Source: the human T2T-CHM13v2.0 reference genome, Homo sapiens. Taken from it: a stretch of DNA of 64,000 nt. The stretch is taken from assembly GCF_009914755.1 (NCBI RefSeq), contig NC_060929.1; one strand, written 5' to 3'. Below the pieces are notes generated by a model. That model was not told the DNA's origin. It searched no databases and worked only from the letters and a program-made list of their open reading frames with translations. This document shows, one piece after another, positions 47,361-59,272 of this stretch; the stretch's first letter is position 1; each line of letters begins with the position of its first letter. Made by a program: the position numbers and the translations under genes.

Positions 47361-48170
47361 TTACCTCAGGCCACTGTTCTTTCCAGGCTAGCTGAATAAA
47401 CAGGTGCACTGGCCAATACTTCACCCATTGAGAAGATTTCCCCTCAGCACCCCTTGAAGGGCACCCTTAAGTGGGCCTCAGTGCTGCCATCATTCATTTA
47501 AATTTCAACCACATATTAGGACAATTAAAGACCAATGAAAGACAGTTAAAGATGAATATGAAATCAGTAGCAAGAGGTCCCCATGTAGTCATAGACATAC
47601 ACTGAGGGAAGCAGCAGTGACGCAGAAGTTGTGGGTGTGGGTTACCTGATCATAACATTTGCTTGGGCCTTCTAATCCTGTTATGCTCAATCTTGAATTT
47701 CTCACTTCCATCTTCGAGTGGATTGTTGCTTGGCCAGACCTTTTCAGTTGTAGGGTTTGCCAGTTCTAGGCACATGGGCTCATGGTCTGAAATTCCAACT
47801 TTATCAGTGCTCAGTAGCAGGCCAAGGGTTGTTTTTTTCTCAATGTGCATATAGTTCTTTACCACATACAGCATAGCCTTACTCTAGTCTCCTTTGGCCT
47901 GAGATGTTCTTCTCCTACTGGGTTTTGCCACAAAATTGATACATTTAGTTGCCTCTAGGATGTAATCAGTACCACAGAGTCTGCTGGATTTTATGGATTA
48001 AGCAGCAAGAATATTTAATTACAGTTTAGACTGTTGCACAGCTATTTCTGGTTTGGGGTCCTGCTATAGTTTGCTGTTTGGATCCATGCATTCTTCCCAC
48101 TGGGGACACAGCTACACAAATACTTTTGTTTCACCCATACACTGCATCCTGGAGGATGGTACCCTGTGCT

Positions 48171-48332
48171 TGCTATAGTTTGGATGTTTATCCCCTCCAA
48201 ATCTCAGGCTGAAATTTGATTCCCAGTGTTAGAAGTAGGACTTAATGGGAAGTATTTGAGTCATAGGTGTATATCCCTCATGAATAGTTTAATGTTCTCC
48301 CTGGGTGAGAAGTGAGTGAGTTCTTGCTGTAT
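48171..48332 (+). mobile_element. MSTB-like LTR 5' fragment
   Basis: tgctatagtttggatgtttatcccctccaaatctca...atccctcatgaatag...gtgagtgagttct, then truncated. Confidence 0.85.
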
Positions 48333-48815
48333 TCATGTATACAAATCCTTTGTTTTATGCATGTATTATAAATATCTTCTTCACATCTTTGAATGCAAAG
48401 ATAATGAAGAATGAGATGTTGAGAAACATATTACAGTGTCTTGCTTACATTACAAGATAATGATGTTGGCATTTATGGAATGCTGCAACTTAGTGCATCT
48501 AGAAGCTTTGGAAAATGATTTATAAAGCTGCGCTGGGGTAATAAGAAGCAGCTTTAGAAACTGATGTTATCTATTTTCTTCCTGTTTTCTCTCTCTTTTT
48601 TTAGTTTGCAAACTTAGTTACCAGTGTACTTTTTATTGAAATTTACAAATTCACATGCATTTGTAAGAAATGCGCAAAGTGATCCAATGTAATCTTTACC
48701 CATTTCCTTCAAAAGGTGACATTTGCAAAACTATGCTACAATATCACAACTAGGATATTGTCATTGATACAGTTAATCAATGTTACTCAGGATTTCCCTA
48801 TTTTTACTTGTACTC

Positions 48816-48817
<2 letters not shown>

Positions 48818-48855
<38 letters not shown>
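48818..48855. repeat. (GT)19 microsatellite
   Basis: Seen directly. Confidence 0.97.
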
Positions 48856-48858
<3 letters not shown>

Positions 48859-49477
48859 GTTCTATGCAATTTTACCACCTGTTGGTTTCCCCCATCACAG
48901 TCAAGATTTGGAACAGTTCCATCACCACAAAGATTCCCCATATTACTCCTCACGACCGTGTCTACCTCTCACCCATGCTTGCCCTCCCATTCCTAACCAA
49001 TGGCAACCACTAATATGATCTCTACATGTAAAATTTTCTAATTTCATCAATGCTGCATAAGTGCTACTATCCAGTATATAACTTTTGAAATTGGCTTTTT
49101 CCATTCAACACCCCATCTGGAGATTCATCCCTGTTCTAGTTAGTATCAATAGCTTGTTCCTTTATAGTATTGATTAGTATTCCAGGGTATGGATGTACCA
49201 AAATTTGACAAAACCATTCTCCTATTGAAAGACATCTGCATAGTTTTCAATTTTTTACTATTATAAATAAAGCTACTGTGAACATCAGTGCACAATCTTA
49301 CATTTGTTGTAAATTATCTGTAAAATGACAGGTAATTTTCTGGAATAAATACCCGAAAGTGCAATTGCTAGGTCATATGGTAAGGGAATGTTTAATTTTA
49401 TAAGAATATAATCTGTTTTTCAATATGTCATATCAACTTATATTCCCACCAGTAATGTATCACAGATCTGATTTCTT

Positions 49478-49576
49478 TATTTTAATTTTAGTTAATATGT
49501 AATCATTCTTTATGTTTATGAGATACACAGTGATATTTTAATATATGTATACAAGGTTTAATGATCAAATCAGTAA
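49478..49576 (-). mobile_element. Short L1MA 3'-terminal fragment
   Basis: tttatgagatacacagtgatattttaatatatgtatacaaggtttaatgatcaaatcag. Confidence 0.6.
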
Positions 49577-51349
49577 CATTCTCGACAATTTTTGGTGCTT
49601 CATTATTTTTTATTTTAGTCATTCTAACAGGTGTGTACTGGGTGATATTAATTAGCAAGTTTGCTAATAACTAATTATATTGAAACTCTTTTCCTGTGCT
49701 TATCATATTGCTCTTCTGGGTAATAATTCTCCAAGTCTTTTTTCCACCTTCTAATTGGAATGTTTGATTTTTTAACTGTCCAGTTTTATTTTAATTTAAT
49801 TAACTTCATTTTTAGAATAGTTTTAGGTTCACAGCAAAATTAAGTGGACTGTACAGAAAGTTCCCATATAACCCTGTCCCACACACAGCCTCCCCTACAA
49901 TTGAAATCTTGCACCACAGTAGAATATTTGGAACAATAAGTGAACCTACACTGACACATTATAATCACCCAAAGTCCATAATTTACTTTAGGTTTCACTT
50001 ATGATGTGGAACACTCTATGGGTTTGGACAAACGTATAATGACATGCATCCATGATTTGTAGTATCAGGCAGAATTGTTTCACCTCCCTAAAATTCCTCT
50101 GTGTTCTTTCTATTTAACCATCCTTCTCCCCAACCCTGGGTCTTCACTGATCTTTTTACTGTATCTATAGTTTTAATTTCCGTAATACGCTAATATATTG
50201 ATGAAATTGTGTAGTGTGTAGCATTATTGAATCATTTTGTCTTAAGAATATGCATTTAAGATTCCTCCATTTTTTATAGCTTAATATCTCATGTATTTTT
50301 AACTCAAAATAATATTCCATTGACTGGATGTACCACAGTTTATTTATCCATTCAGTTACTGAAGGACATCTTGGTTGCTGTTAGGTTTAAATAATCATAA
50401 ACAAAGCTGGCCGCTATAAACATCTTTATGCAAGTTTTTGTGTAGATATGTTTCCAATAAATTTGGGTAAATACAAATGACTACAATTGCTGGGTTATAT
50501 GGGAAGACTATGATTCATTTTGTAAGAAACCACTAAACCATCTTCCAAAGTGTTTGTACCATTTTGTTCACACCAGCAATAAGTGGAAGTTCCTGTTGTT
50601 CCCACATCCTTGCCAGAATTTGGTGCTGTTGGTGTTTTAGATTTTGGCCTTTCTGATATGTATGTAGTGGTAACATATTGTTTTAATTTGCAATTCCCTA
50701 ACATCATATGATGTTGAACATTTCTTTCTATGCTTATTTGCCATCTGTGTATCTGGGTGAGGTATCTGTATAGACCTTTTTGCCCATTTTTGCCCATCTG
50801 ATTGTTTTCTTATTGTTGAGTTTTAAGAGTGCTTTGTATATTTTATATAAAAGTCCTTTATCTTTTGCAAATACTTTCTCCCAGTATGTTTCATTGTGTC
50901 CGGAATTGGTTCGTTCCGGTGGGTTCTTGGTCTCGCTGGCTTCAACAATGAAGCCAAGGGCCCTCATGGCGAGTGTTACAGTTCTTAAAGATGGTGCGTC
51001 CAGAGTTTGTTCCTTCAGATGTTCAGATGTGTCCGGAGTTTCTTCCTTCCTCTGGGTTCATGGTCTCACTGACTTCAGGAATGAAGCCGCAGACCTTTGC
51101 AGTGAGTGCTACAGCTCTTAAAGGTGGTGTGTACAGAGTTGTTTGTTCCTCCTGGTGGGTTTGTGGTCTGGCTGACATCAGGAATGAAGCTGCAGACCCT
51201 CGCGGTGAGTGTTACAGCTCATAAAGGTAGTACAGACCCAAAAAGTGAGCAGCAGCGAGATTTATTGTGAAAAGCGAAAGAACAAACCTTCCACAGTGTG
51301 GAAGGGGACTGGAGTGGGTTGCTGCTGCTGGCTCGGATGGCCAGCTTTT

Positions 51350-51357
51350 ATTTTATT

Positions 51358-51394
<37 letters not shown>

Positions 51395-51767
51395 ATTTTT
51401 TAAAATTTTATTATTATTATATTTTAAGTTCTAGGGTACATGTGCACAACGTGCAGGTTTGTTATGTATGTATACATGTGCCATGTTGGTGTGCTGCACC
51501 CATTAACTCGTCATTTAGCATTAGGTATATCTCCTAATGCTATCCCTCCCCCCACCACACAACAGTACCTGGTATGTAATGTTCCCCTTCCTGTGTCCGT
51601 GTGTTCTCATTGTTCAATTCCCACCTATGAGTGAGAACATGCGGTGTTTGGTTTTTTGTCCTTGTGATAGTTTGCTGAGAATGATGGTTTCCAGTTTCAT
51701 CCATGTCCCTACAAAGGACATGAACTCATCATTTTTTATGGCTGCATAGTATTCCATGGTGTATATG
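51350..51767 (-). mobile_element. L1PA4-like 3' fragment (~0.42 kb) with (TTTA)n tail
   Basis: Same 3'UTR diagnostics as the 27.5-kb L1. TSD tcggatggccagcttt (51333-51348) / ttgggtggccagattt (51768-51783). Confidence 0.95.
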
Positions 51768-51809
51768 TTGGGTGGCCAGATTTATTCCATTATTTGTCCC
51801 TGCCCAAGT

Positions 51810-52175
51810 CCTGCTGAATGGTCCATTTTACAGAGTGCTGATTGGTGTGTTTACAAACCTTTACCTAGACACAGAGCACTGATTGGTGCATTTCTACAGA
51901 GCGCTGATTGGTGTGTTTACAAACCTTTAGCTAGACACAGAGAGCTGATTGGTGCATTTTTACAGAGTGCTGATTGGTGCTTTTACAAACCTTTAGCTAG
52001 ACACAGAGTGCTGATTGGTGCGTTTTTACAGACTGCTGATTGGTGCTTTTACAAATCTTTAGCTAGACACAGAGTGCTGATTGGTGTATTTTTACAGAGT
52101 GCTGATTGGTCCATTTACAATCTTTAGCTAGACACAGAGCACTGATTGGTATATTTACAATCCTCTAGCTAGACA
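51810..52175 (-). promoter_or_regulatory. LTR12 U3 enhancer repeat array with 10 CCAAT boxes
   Basis: Ten ctgattggt motifs in alternating short and long units (~62-66-bp period). ERV9 U3 repeats are known NF-Y-binding elements; activity at this locus is not shown. Confidence 0.75.
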
Positions 52176-52299
52176 GAAAAGTTCTCCAAGTCCCTACTCA
52201 AGCCAGGAAGTCCAGCTGGCTTCACCTCTCAATCCCCCCTCTAAACACAACACGCCAACTGCTGTTGGGAATTGGGAGATGACTACTCTAGCTACTTCC

Positions 52300-54106
52300 T
52301 GCTGGATAGGGGTGAAGAAGGGGCCCTGCAGTTGTAGTGTCCTCCAGAGGGGAACCCTTTAGGTCAGTGAAATGGCCAGTGGGTCAGTCCAGGGGTCCTC
52401 GGGAGAAGTTGTTAGTTGAGCTCATTTGGGGTTCCATTTGTAAGACTATCTATAGCTTGATGGCCTCAATCCTAGAGGAAGCACATTTGACAAGGAGGTT
52501 AAAAATGCAGGGCCTGAATGTGAGTAATAGCAAGATGGCTGACACGGGACCTAGAAAGGGGAGAAGCCATGTTGCCCAACTCCAGAGGTTGGTATAAGAG
52601 TTTGAAAGGTGTTGTCTGATTTCAGAAGGCTTTTCCTGTAATGCCAGGTGGCATCTCTTACTATCCCTGACTGGTTAGTGTAAAAACAACACTCTTACCC
52701 TAAGAAGGTGCGGAGTCCTCCTTTCTCAACAGTGAGGAGGTCTAGGCCTCGGTGGTTTTGGAGAGTCACTGCTGCCATATTCTATTTGGGATTGTAGAGT
52801 AAGGATACATTTTATTATTTCTTGCAAACTGTCTGAGAAATCCTTTGAGAGTGTGTGGTAGTAGGATAATGAAGTAGATAAACTGGTTATTCCAGTTCCT
52901 GTGGCAGTAGCCATTCCTAACCCTATAAGTAGGGGTATTAGTTGTGTGGCTCTGTGCTGAGGGACTTGAGCTTTGAGGGGTACTGATAGGGTCTGATTTC
53001 CTAGGGCAAAGTTAATGTTGGGACTTAGACTAAGGTGCAGGTGCCTGTCCAGTTAGTGGGGAGGCAGATACAGGTTGACATTCCACATAAGAAGAATATA
53101 CCTTGGCTGGGTAGACAGAACTGGCTGTGTATGTTAAAAAGGTGTGTGAGTTTGTTGTTTTCATTTTCCCATACTCCTAGAGTACTGGCCAAGGTAGCTC
53201 CAGCAAGTGGCTGGAAAGGGGTGTTGGGAGTGAACTGAGTGGCTCCCTGTGTTCTCTTTTCCCATTGGAGAAAAAATCATTTTTTATCTACCAGGAACCA
53301 TGAGAGAGAGTGATTGAAAGGGGATGAGAAGGCATTCACTAGTGGTGGGGGCGCTGCTGCAGGGGGTCCAGGGGTTAATGGTCATGCAGGGAGTACGTTT
53401 GCCATTACAAAACATGGACTGTTTGTTAAGCAGGGAGGAGGTGATGATTTTTGGAGGCCCTGAGAAATGGACAAGCCGTCTGAATGGAGCTGTTTGGGTG
53501 ACTAGGAAGTTACTATGATCAGTTGGGGCTTGAAGTTGTAGGGTGTAATTACACTGATGGGGTAGTAGGTGCCCCAGGGGCAGGCCTGATAACAGGTTGT
53601 GTTGGATGCATAAAGGGGCTTGGAAAGTTAAGATGGTATTCATCGTTACAGGGCCGTGTATGGGCTTTTCATTGCTTGTATAATAGGTGAAGTTGGAAAT
53701 GTAAGAACATAAAAGTTGGATTGCACATCCTGTTAGGGTAATCTTGGTCCTATCAGAGATGGGGAAGTCGGCTAATGATTGCATATTTAGAAGTCATTTG
53801 AAATGGTCTTTTCCTTCATAACGAGGGTGGTAGGTTAAGTTGATAAAGACCCAGTTTTTTGTGGGAATGGGAGTGGCAAAGTAAGCAGAGGTTGATAGAG
53901 AGATACAAAGCCAACAGACATTTGCCAGGGAAGGATTGGACTGGTTTAACAGAGAGTGGGATAAGTAGAGAGTCTTGTAGAGGTAATTAGGAGCTAGTGG
54001 AAGGGGAGGGGGGTGCGATTGTATGAGGTATCCAAGGAAGCAGGAGGGATAGATACGCAAAGAGTAAATAGGAAGGTAAAGAGGGTGCTCTGGAAAGCGA
54101 GATCAT
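52300..54106 (-). pseudogene. HERV9 env, disrupted
   Basis: ATG at 54106. SU motif NLSHSLLNQSNPSLANVCWLC-like (CxxC), fusion-peptide region MATATGTGITSL, and immunosuppressive domain LQNHRGLDLLT at ~52730-52763. Multiple stops and frameshifts. Confidence 0.88.
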
Positions 54107-54399
54107 TTTATCCAGTCTGAGTTAAAGGTAGGAGTAAATTGCTGTCAGAAGGAAGGAAGATAGAAGATAGATGTGATTAGGATTTTCATCCCAGCAGGAG
54201 CTACAGTATATAGTCCTATCGCAAAGAGTATGGTTAGTATGCTGCTTAATAATATGATGAAATAGTAAAAGGATTCCATTAAAGGGGAAAGGAGAGGTGT
54301 TAAAGATTATGTAGGTCTTCACATATCTTTTTTAAGAAGGAAGGGGTTTTTCCTCAGGATCAGTGGTAGGAGCCTTTTTAATCTGGGATGTTTCCTTCC

Positions 54400-55733
54400 G
54401 AAATAGGAGATGCAAGTCTACCAATAGTTCACAGGTGTATCGAGGCTAGTCTGGCTGATCTTGGGACTCCTGAGCTGACAGTCCCACAGATTTCTTAGGG
54501 GGTGTCCAAAATTTAACTCGGGTGTGGTGAATCGAAGATTCCACTCCTGCCACCTTAACTGCAGTGGGAGGCAGAGAGGATTACTGAGTATGGTCCTTCC
54601 CACAAAGAATCCATAGATGGGGAGGTAGAGGGGAGAGATTTGACCAACACTAGATCTCCTGGTTGAAACAACTCTGTTCCCTTTTCTCTGTGACATCCTT
54701 CAGGTGGGTTTTTAAGGTTTCATTGATATTTAGCCAAAGAAGTTATATATTTGACCAAATTGGCCGTTTCCTGATCAAGTAGGAGGTCATTTGTGAGAAA
54801 AGCTCATCAATACAGCATTTCATAGGGACTGAGCCGCATTTTGTGAGGAGAATTTCAGATTCTCAACAAGGCCATGGGCAAAAGAGTAGGCCATGGGAGA
54901 TGAGTCTCTTGTGTTCATTTTCTTAAGTGTTTCTTGAGTGTTTCATTTGCCTTCTGGATCTTCCCTGAGGACTGTGGCCTCCAAGTGCAGTGAAGATGAT
55001 ATTGTATCCCTAGCGCCCTGGAAATTCCCTGAGTTACCGTGGATTTAAAAGCTGGACCACTGTCACTCTGTAGGCTTTGGGGAAGCCCAAATATAGGAAT
55101 TATTTCATGAATCAGGACTTTAATCACTTCCTAAGCCTTCTCTGTCTCGCAGGGGAAAGCTTCTATTCAATTTGTAAAGGTATCAACACAGACCAACAGT
55201 ATTGAAATCCCTTTGACTTAGGCATATGGGTGAAGTCTAACTGCCAGTCTTCTCTGGGATAGTGACCTATTCTTTGTTCCCCCAAAGGGGCCTTACGATG
55301 GACCAAGGGATTATTCCTTTGGCACATCTCACAGGCTTTGACTACCTGTCGGATGGTCCGGAGGAGATTTGGCCCTGTAAATAGGGATTTGGCCATTTGA
55401 TGAATGTTTTCAATACCCATATGAAAAGTTTGGTGGAGGGTGTAAGTACCTTTCCTTCTTCTGTTGTTAACCACCCCGAGGGGAGAAAACTATGCATGCA
55501 TGAAAGTCCCCATTCTGTTTCAGTCGGGGAATACTGAGGCTTAATCTCTTGGAGGGGGTTGTTCCATACCAAGGGTCCTTCCATAGGTATTTCTAATGGG
55601 AGGTTCTGCCTGGCAGCAATTTTGGCCTCAGCATCTGCCCAACAGTTTCCTTCTGCCTTTTCTCGTTCAACTTTCTGATGGCTTTGGTAGTGTAGGACTG
55701 CCACCTCCTTGGGTTTTTGTACTGCATGCAATA
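54400..55733 (-). pseudogene. HERV9 pol remnant (RNase H C-terminus and integrase)
   Basis: LHAVQKPKEVAVLH..HQK..EGN..AD; HQTFH..CEMC (HHCC); WQLDFTHMP; LQSDSGPAF; WRPQSSGK..K.NETLK. Confidence 0.92.
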
Positions 55734-56464
55734 TCATGTCTTCTCATTTAGCTGATGTTGTCAAAAGTCAAAGCTTTTACTTTTAATAAATTCCAGTGTA
55801 TTGATTCTTTCTTTAATGGATCATGCCTTTGGTTTTGAATCTAAAATATTATTGCCATACCCAAGGTCATCTTGATTTTCTCCTATGTTATCTTCTAGGT
55901 GTTTCTGGTTTTATATGTAGATTTATGAACCATTTTGGGTTAACTGTTATGGGTTAATGTCTATAGCTTTTTTTTCCTTTTTTTGCATGTAGTTATCCAA
56001 TCGCTTCAGCAATATTTGTTGAAAACTATCTTCGTGCCATTTTAATACCTTTGCTCCCTTGTCAAAGATCTATTTCACTTCTGCACTGTATTTATGTGGG
56101 TAGTTTTTCTCGGCTCTCTGTTCTGTTCCACTGATCTATGTGTCTATTATTTTATCATCATCACACTGTCTTGGTTACTGTAGCTTTATATCAAGTTTTG
56201 AAGTCACTTAAGTGTCAGTCCTCTTACTTTCTTCTACATCAATGTTAATTTAGAAATTCTAGGTCTCTTGCCTCTCCATATAAATTTTAGAATGAGTTTG
56301 TCAACACACATTAAATAATTTGCTGGCATTTTGATTAGGCTAACCTTGAATCTATAGACCAAATTGAGTCTTTCTAGCCATGAACATGGAGTATACCTCT
56401 ATTTGTTTAGTTTTTTTTTATTTCTTTCACCAGTTTTATGATTTTTGTCTTATAGATCGTGTAC

Positions 56465-56766
56465 TTTTTTTTTTTTTTTTTTTTGAGATGGAGTCTTGCT
56501 CTGTCGCCCAGGCTGGTGTGCAGTAGTACTATCTCGACTCACTGCAACCTCTACCTCCCGGGTTTAGGCAATTCTTCTGCCTCATCCTCCTGAGTAGCTG
56601 GGGCTACAGGCACACACCACCACACATGGCTAATTTTTGTATTTTTAGTAGAGAGGGGGTTTCACCATGTTGGTCAGGTTGGTCTCAAACTCCTGACCTC
56701 AAGTGATGCACCTGCTTCAGCCTGCCAAAGTGCGGGGATTACAGATGTGAGACACCACACCCAGCC
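56465..56766 (-). mobile_element. AluSx/Sz-like
   Basis: PolyT then gagatggagtcttgctctgtcgcccagg...ctcctgacctcaagtgat. TSD cgtgtac (56458-56464 and 56767-56773). Confidence 0.95.
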
Positions 56767-58799
56767 CGTGTACATATTTTGCTAGATTTATACCTATTTA
56801 TTTCATTTTCAGGGGGTGCTAATGTAAAGGGTAATATGTTTTTAATTTCAAACTTCAATTGTTCATTTTTGGTAGTTGGTGTATAGGTAACTGACTTTTG
56901 TACATTAACCTGCAAACTTGCTATAATCATTTATTAACAAGTTATTACAATAATCTCCTTTCAAAAGATATTTTCAAATTGATTCTCTGGGAACTTTTAC
57001 AAAGATGATCATGTCATCTGCAAACAAAGACAGTTTATTTCCTCCTTCTCTATCAATCAGTATACTGTTTCCAATTCTTGTCTTATTGCATTAGATAGGA
57101 TTTCCAATTGGATGTTGAAAAGCAGCAGTGAGAGGAAACATTCTTGCCTTGCTCCTGATTTTAGTGTGAAAGCTTTGAACTGTAGGGTTTATGAGACTTC
57201 TTTATATAGCATAGATAGTAGTTCTTTGTCACATATGTGATTTGCAAGTATTTTCTCCCACTCTGGAGCTTATCTTTTTATTCTCTCAAAAGGGTCTTTT
57301 GCAGAGCAATATTTTTTATTTTGATGAGGTCCTATTTATCAAATTTTCCTTTTCTAAACCATGACCTTAACGTTAAGTTTGGACTTCATATGAAATGTTT
57401 GCCTACGCCTAGATCACCAAAAATTATCCGTTTTTTAAGATTTTGTGGTTAAATATTTTATGTTGATTCATTATTCATTTTGAGCAAATTTTGTATAAAA
57501 TGTGAGATTTAAGCTACAGTTCAATTTTGCCTATGGTTTTCTAATTGCTATAGTACTAACTGTTGAAAAGCTTTCTTTCTTCTGTTGAATTGCCTTGGCA
57601 CGTCTGTCAAAAATTTGTTGAGCATATTTGCTTGGGGCTAATCCTGGTTTCTCTATTGTGTTCCATTGATTTGTTTGTCTGTTTCTGTAACATAGAACAC
57701 TGTCTTGATTACTGTAACTCTATAGTAAAACTTAATCTCAGTTAAAGTGATTTCTGTTACTTTATTATTCTTTCTAAATTTTTTTAATGTATTCTAGGGG
57801 CAGTGGTTTATCCTAAAAATTGTGAAATAAATGTGTCTATGTCTAGCAAAAGCATTGTGATATCTCATTGTGGTTTGGTTTTATATTGTAGATGACTAAT
57901 AGTATTCAAAATGTTTTTAGGTGCTTATTTGCTATCTGTATATCCTCTTTGTTGAAATGTCTCTTGATAGAAATTGCATTAAATATATACATTAATTTGG
58001 GGAGGATTGCCTACTTTACCCATGCTAAGGCTTTTAATCTATGAAAGTTGTATGTTTCTTCATTTATTTAGATCTTTATTTTATCAGCATTTTGAATTTT
58101 TATTACACAGATACTGTGCATGTTTCATTGAGACTATACCTAGCTATTTCATTTTCTTTGAATCAATTAAAAATGGTGTTTTATCTTTACTTTCAGTTTC
58201 TGCAAGTTCATTTTTATTATACAGAAATGCAGTTGATGATTTTGTTTTGATCTTGTATTCTGCAATCTTGCGGAACTGACTTCGTAGTCTAAGAAGATTT
58301 TTTTTTGTAGATTCCTTGGGATTTTCTCATAGACAATAATGCCAATTTTTTTTGTTTCTTTCCAATCTATATGTCTTTATAGTTTCTTTGTTGGTTTGTT
58401 ACAATGTCTTGTATTTCCAGTACTCTAAGGAATACGAATAGTGAGAGAAGACATCCTTCTTCTGCTTCTAATCTTAGGGGAAATCACTTAATAATATTTT
58501 ATAATTAATAAATATTTTAGCTATAGAATTTGGTAGGTAATTTTTATCATTTGGGGTAATATCCCTCTAATTCCAACTTTCAGGGAATTCTTATCTTGAA
58601 AAAAAGTTAGATTTTATCAAATATTATTTCTATATTGATATAATCATATAATTTTTCAATACGCTGTTGATGTTGTGGATTATATTCATTGATTCGCAAT
58701 GTTGAACCAGTCTTGCATACTAGAAATAAATTCCACTTGTTCACGGGGCATAATTCTTTTTATACATTGTTGGAATTTTATGAAATATATGAACAAATT

Positions 58800-59272
58800 A
58801 TTTTTCTTCTAGGATTATTGAGCTATAATTGACAAATGAAATTGTATACATTTAAGATGTACAATGTGATGTTTGTTATAGGTAGATATTGTTAAATGGC
58901 TACCACAGTCAGGTTAATTAATATATCCATCACTTTGTAAAGCTACTTTTGTGTGTGTTTGCGGTAAAGACATTTAAAATTTAATCTCTTAGCAAGTTTC
59001 AAGTACACAACACAGCATCGTTAGCTGTAGTCACTGTGCTTAGTTATTATTCATCCAACACAACTAAAAGTTTGTACCCTTGGACTAACATCTATTTTCT
59101 TCACCTGCCACACAACCCCCTTGTCAGTTTCTGGCCACCACTCTCTTATCCTCTGCTTCTGTGAGTTTGATGTTCTAGATTCCACTCACAAGTGAGATCA
59201 TTTGGCATTTGTCTTTCTGTGCCTGGCTTATTTCACTTAGCATGATGCCTTTCAGGTTCCTCCATGTGGTCA
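58800..59272 (-). mobile_element. L1MA9-like 3' end nested in L1MD
   Basis: tattgagctataattgacaaat...ctcttagcaagtttcaagtacacaacacag...aagtgagatcatttggcatttgtctttctgtgcctggcttatttcacttagcat. Confidence 0.8.

Larger units (their letters stand above)
45346..48168 (-). mobile_element. Degraded ERVL internal region (ERV3-16A3-like)
   Basis: Integrase C-terminal and dUTPase-like remnants, plus other degenerate pol-like segments. Interrupted by an Alu and an STR. Confidence 0.7.
50895..52231 (-). mobile_element. LTR12 (ERV9) 3' LTR, complete U3-R-U5, interrupted by an L1
   Basis: Reverse strand reads tgagaggtgaagccagctggacttcctgg...ccaattccggacaca. U5 repeats gctgtaacactcac. Polypurine tract at 52232-52246. 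Confidence 0.96.
52232..55733 (-). mobile_element. HERV9 internal region, 3' half only (RNase H end, integrase, env)
   Basis: pol and env peptides adjacent to the PPT and LTR12. Ends abruptly in RNase H. Confidence 0.93.
49788..57175 (-). mobile_element. L1MC1/2-like element nested in L1MD, interrupted by HERV9 and an Alu
   Basis: 3'UTR ttttaggttcacagcaaaattaag...gaacctacactgacacattataatcacccaaagtccata. RT region catgtcatctgcaaac at ~57010. Degenerate TSD tttaactgtccagtttt / ttgaactgtagggttta. Confidence 0.8.

Noticed and set aside
51810-52175. Regularly spaced repeats that could resemble a CRISPR array
   Set aside because: The intervening sequences are themselves repeated, there are no cas genes, and the array is the known LTR12 U3 repeat in primate DNA.
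52300-54106. Co-opted syncytin-like env gene
   Set aside because: env is split into several short ORFs by stops and frameshifts, and there is no 5' LTR.
50895-55733. HERV9 as an L1-made processed pseudogene
   Set aside because: The 3' LTR has a complete U5 ending in ...ggacaca, no polyA at the R end, and a 4-bp rather than long TSD.
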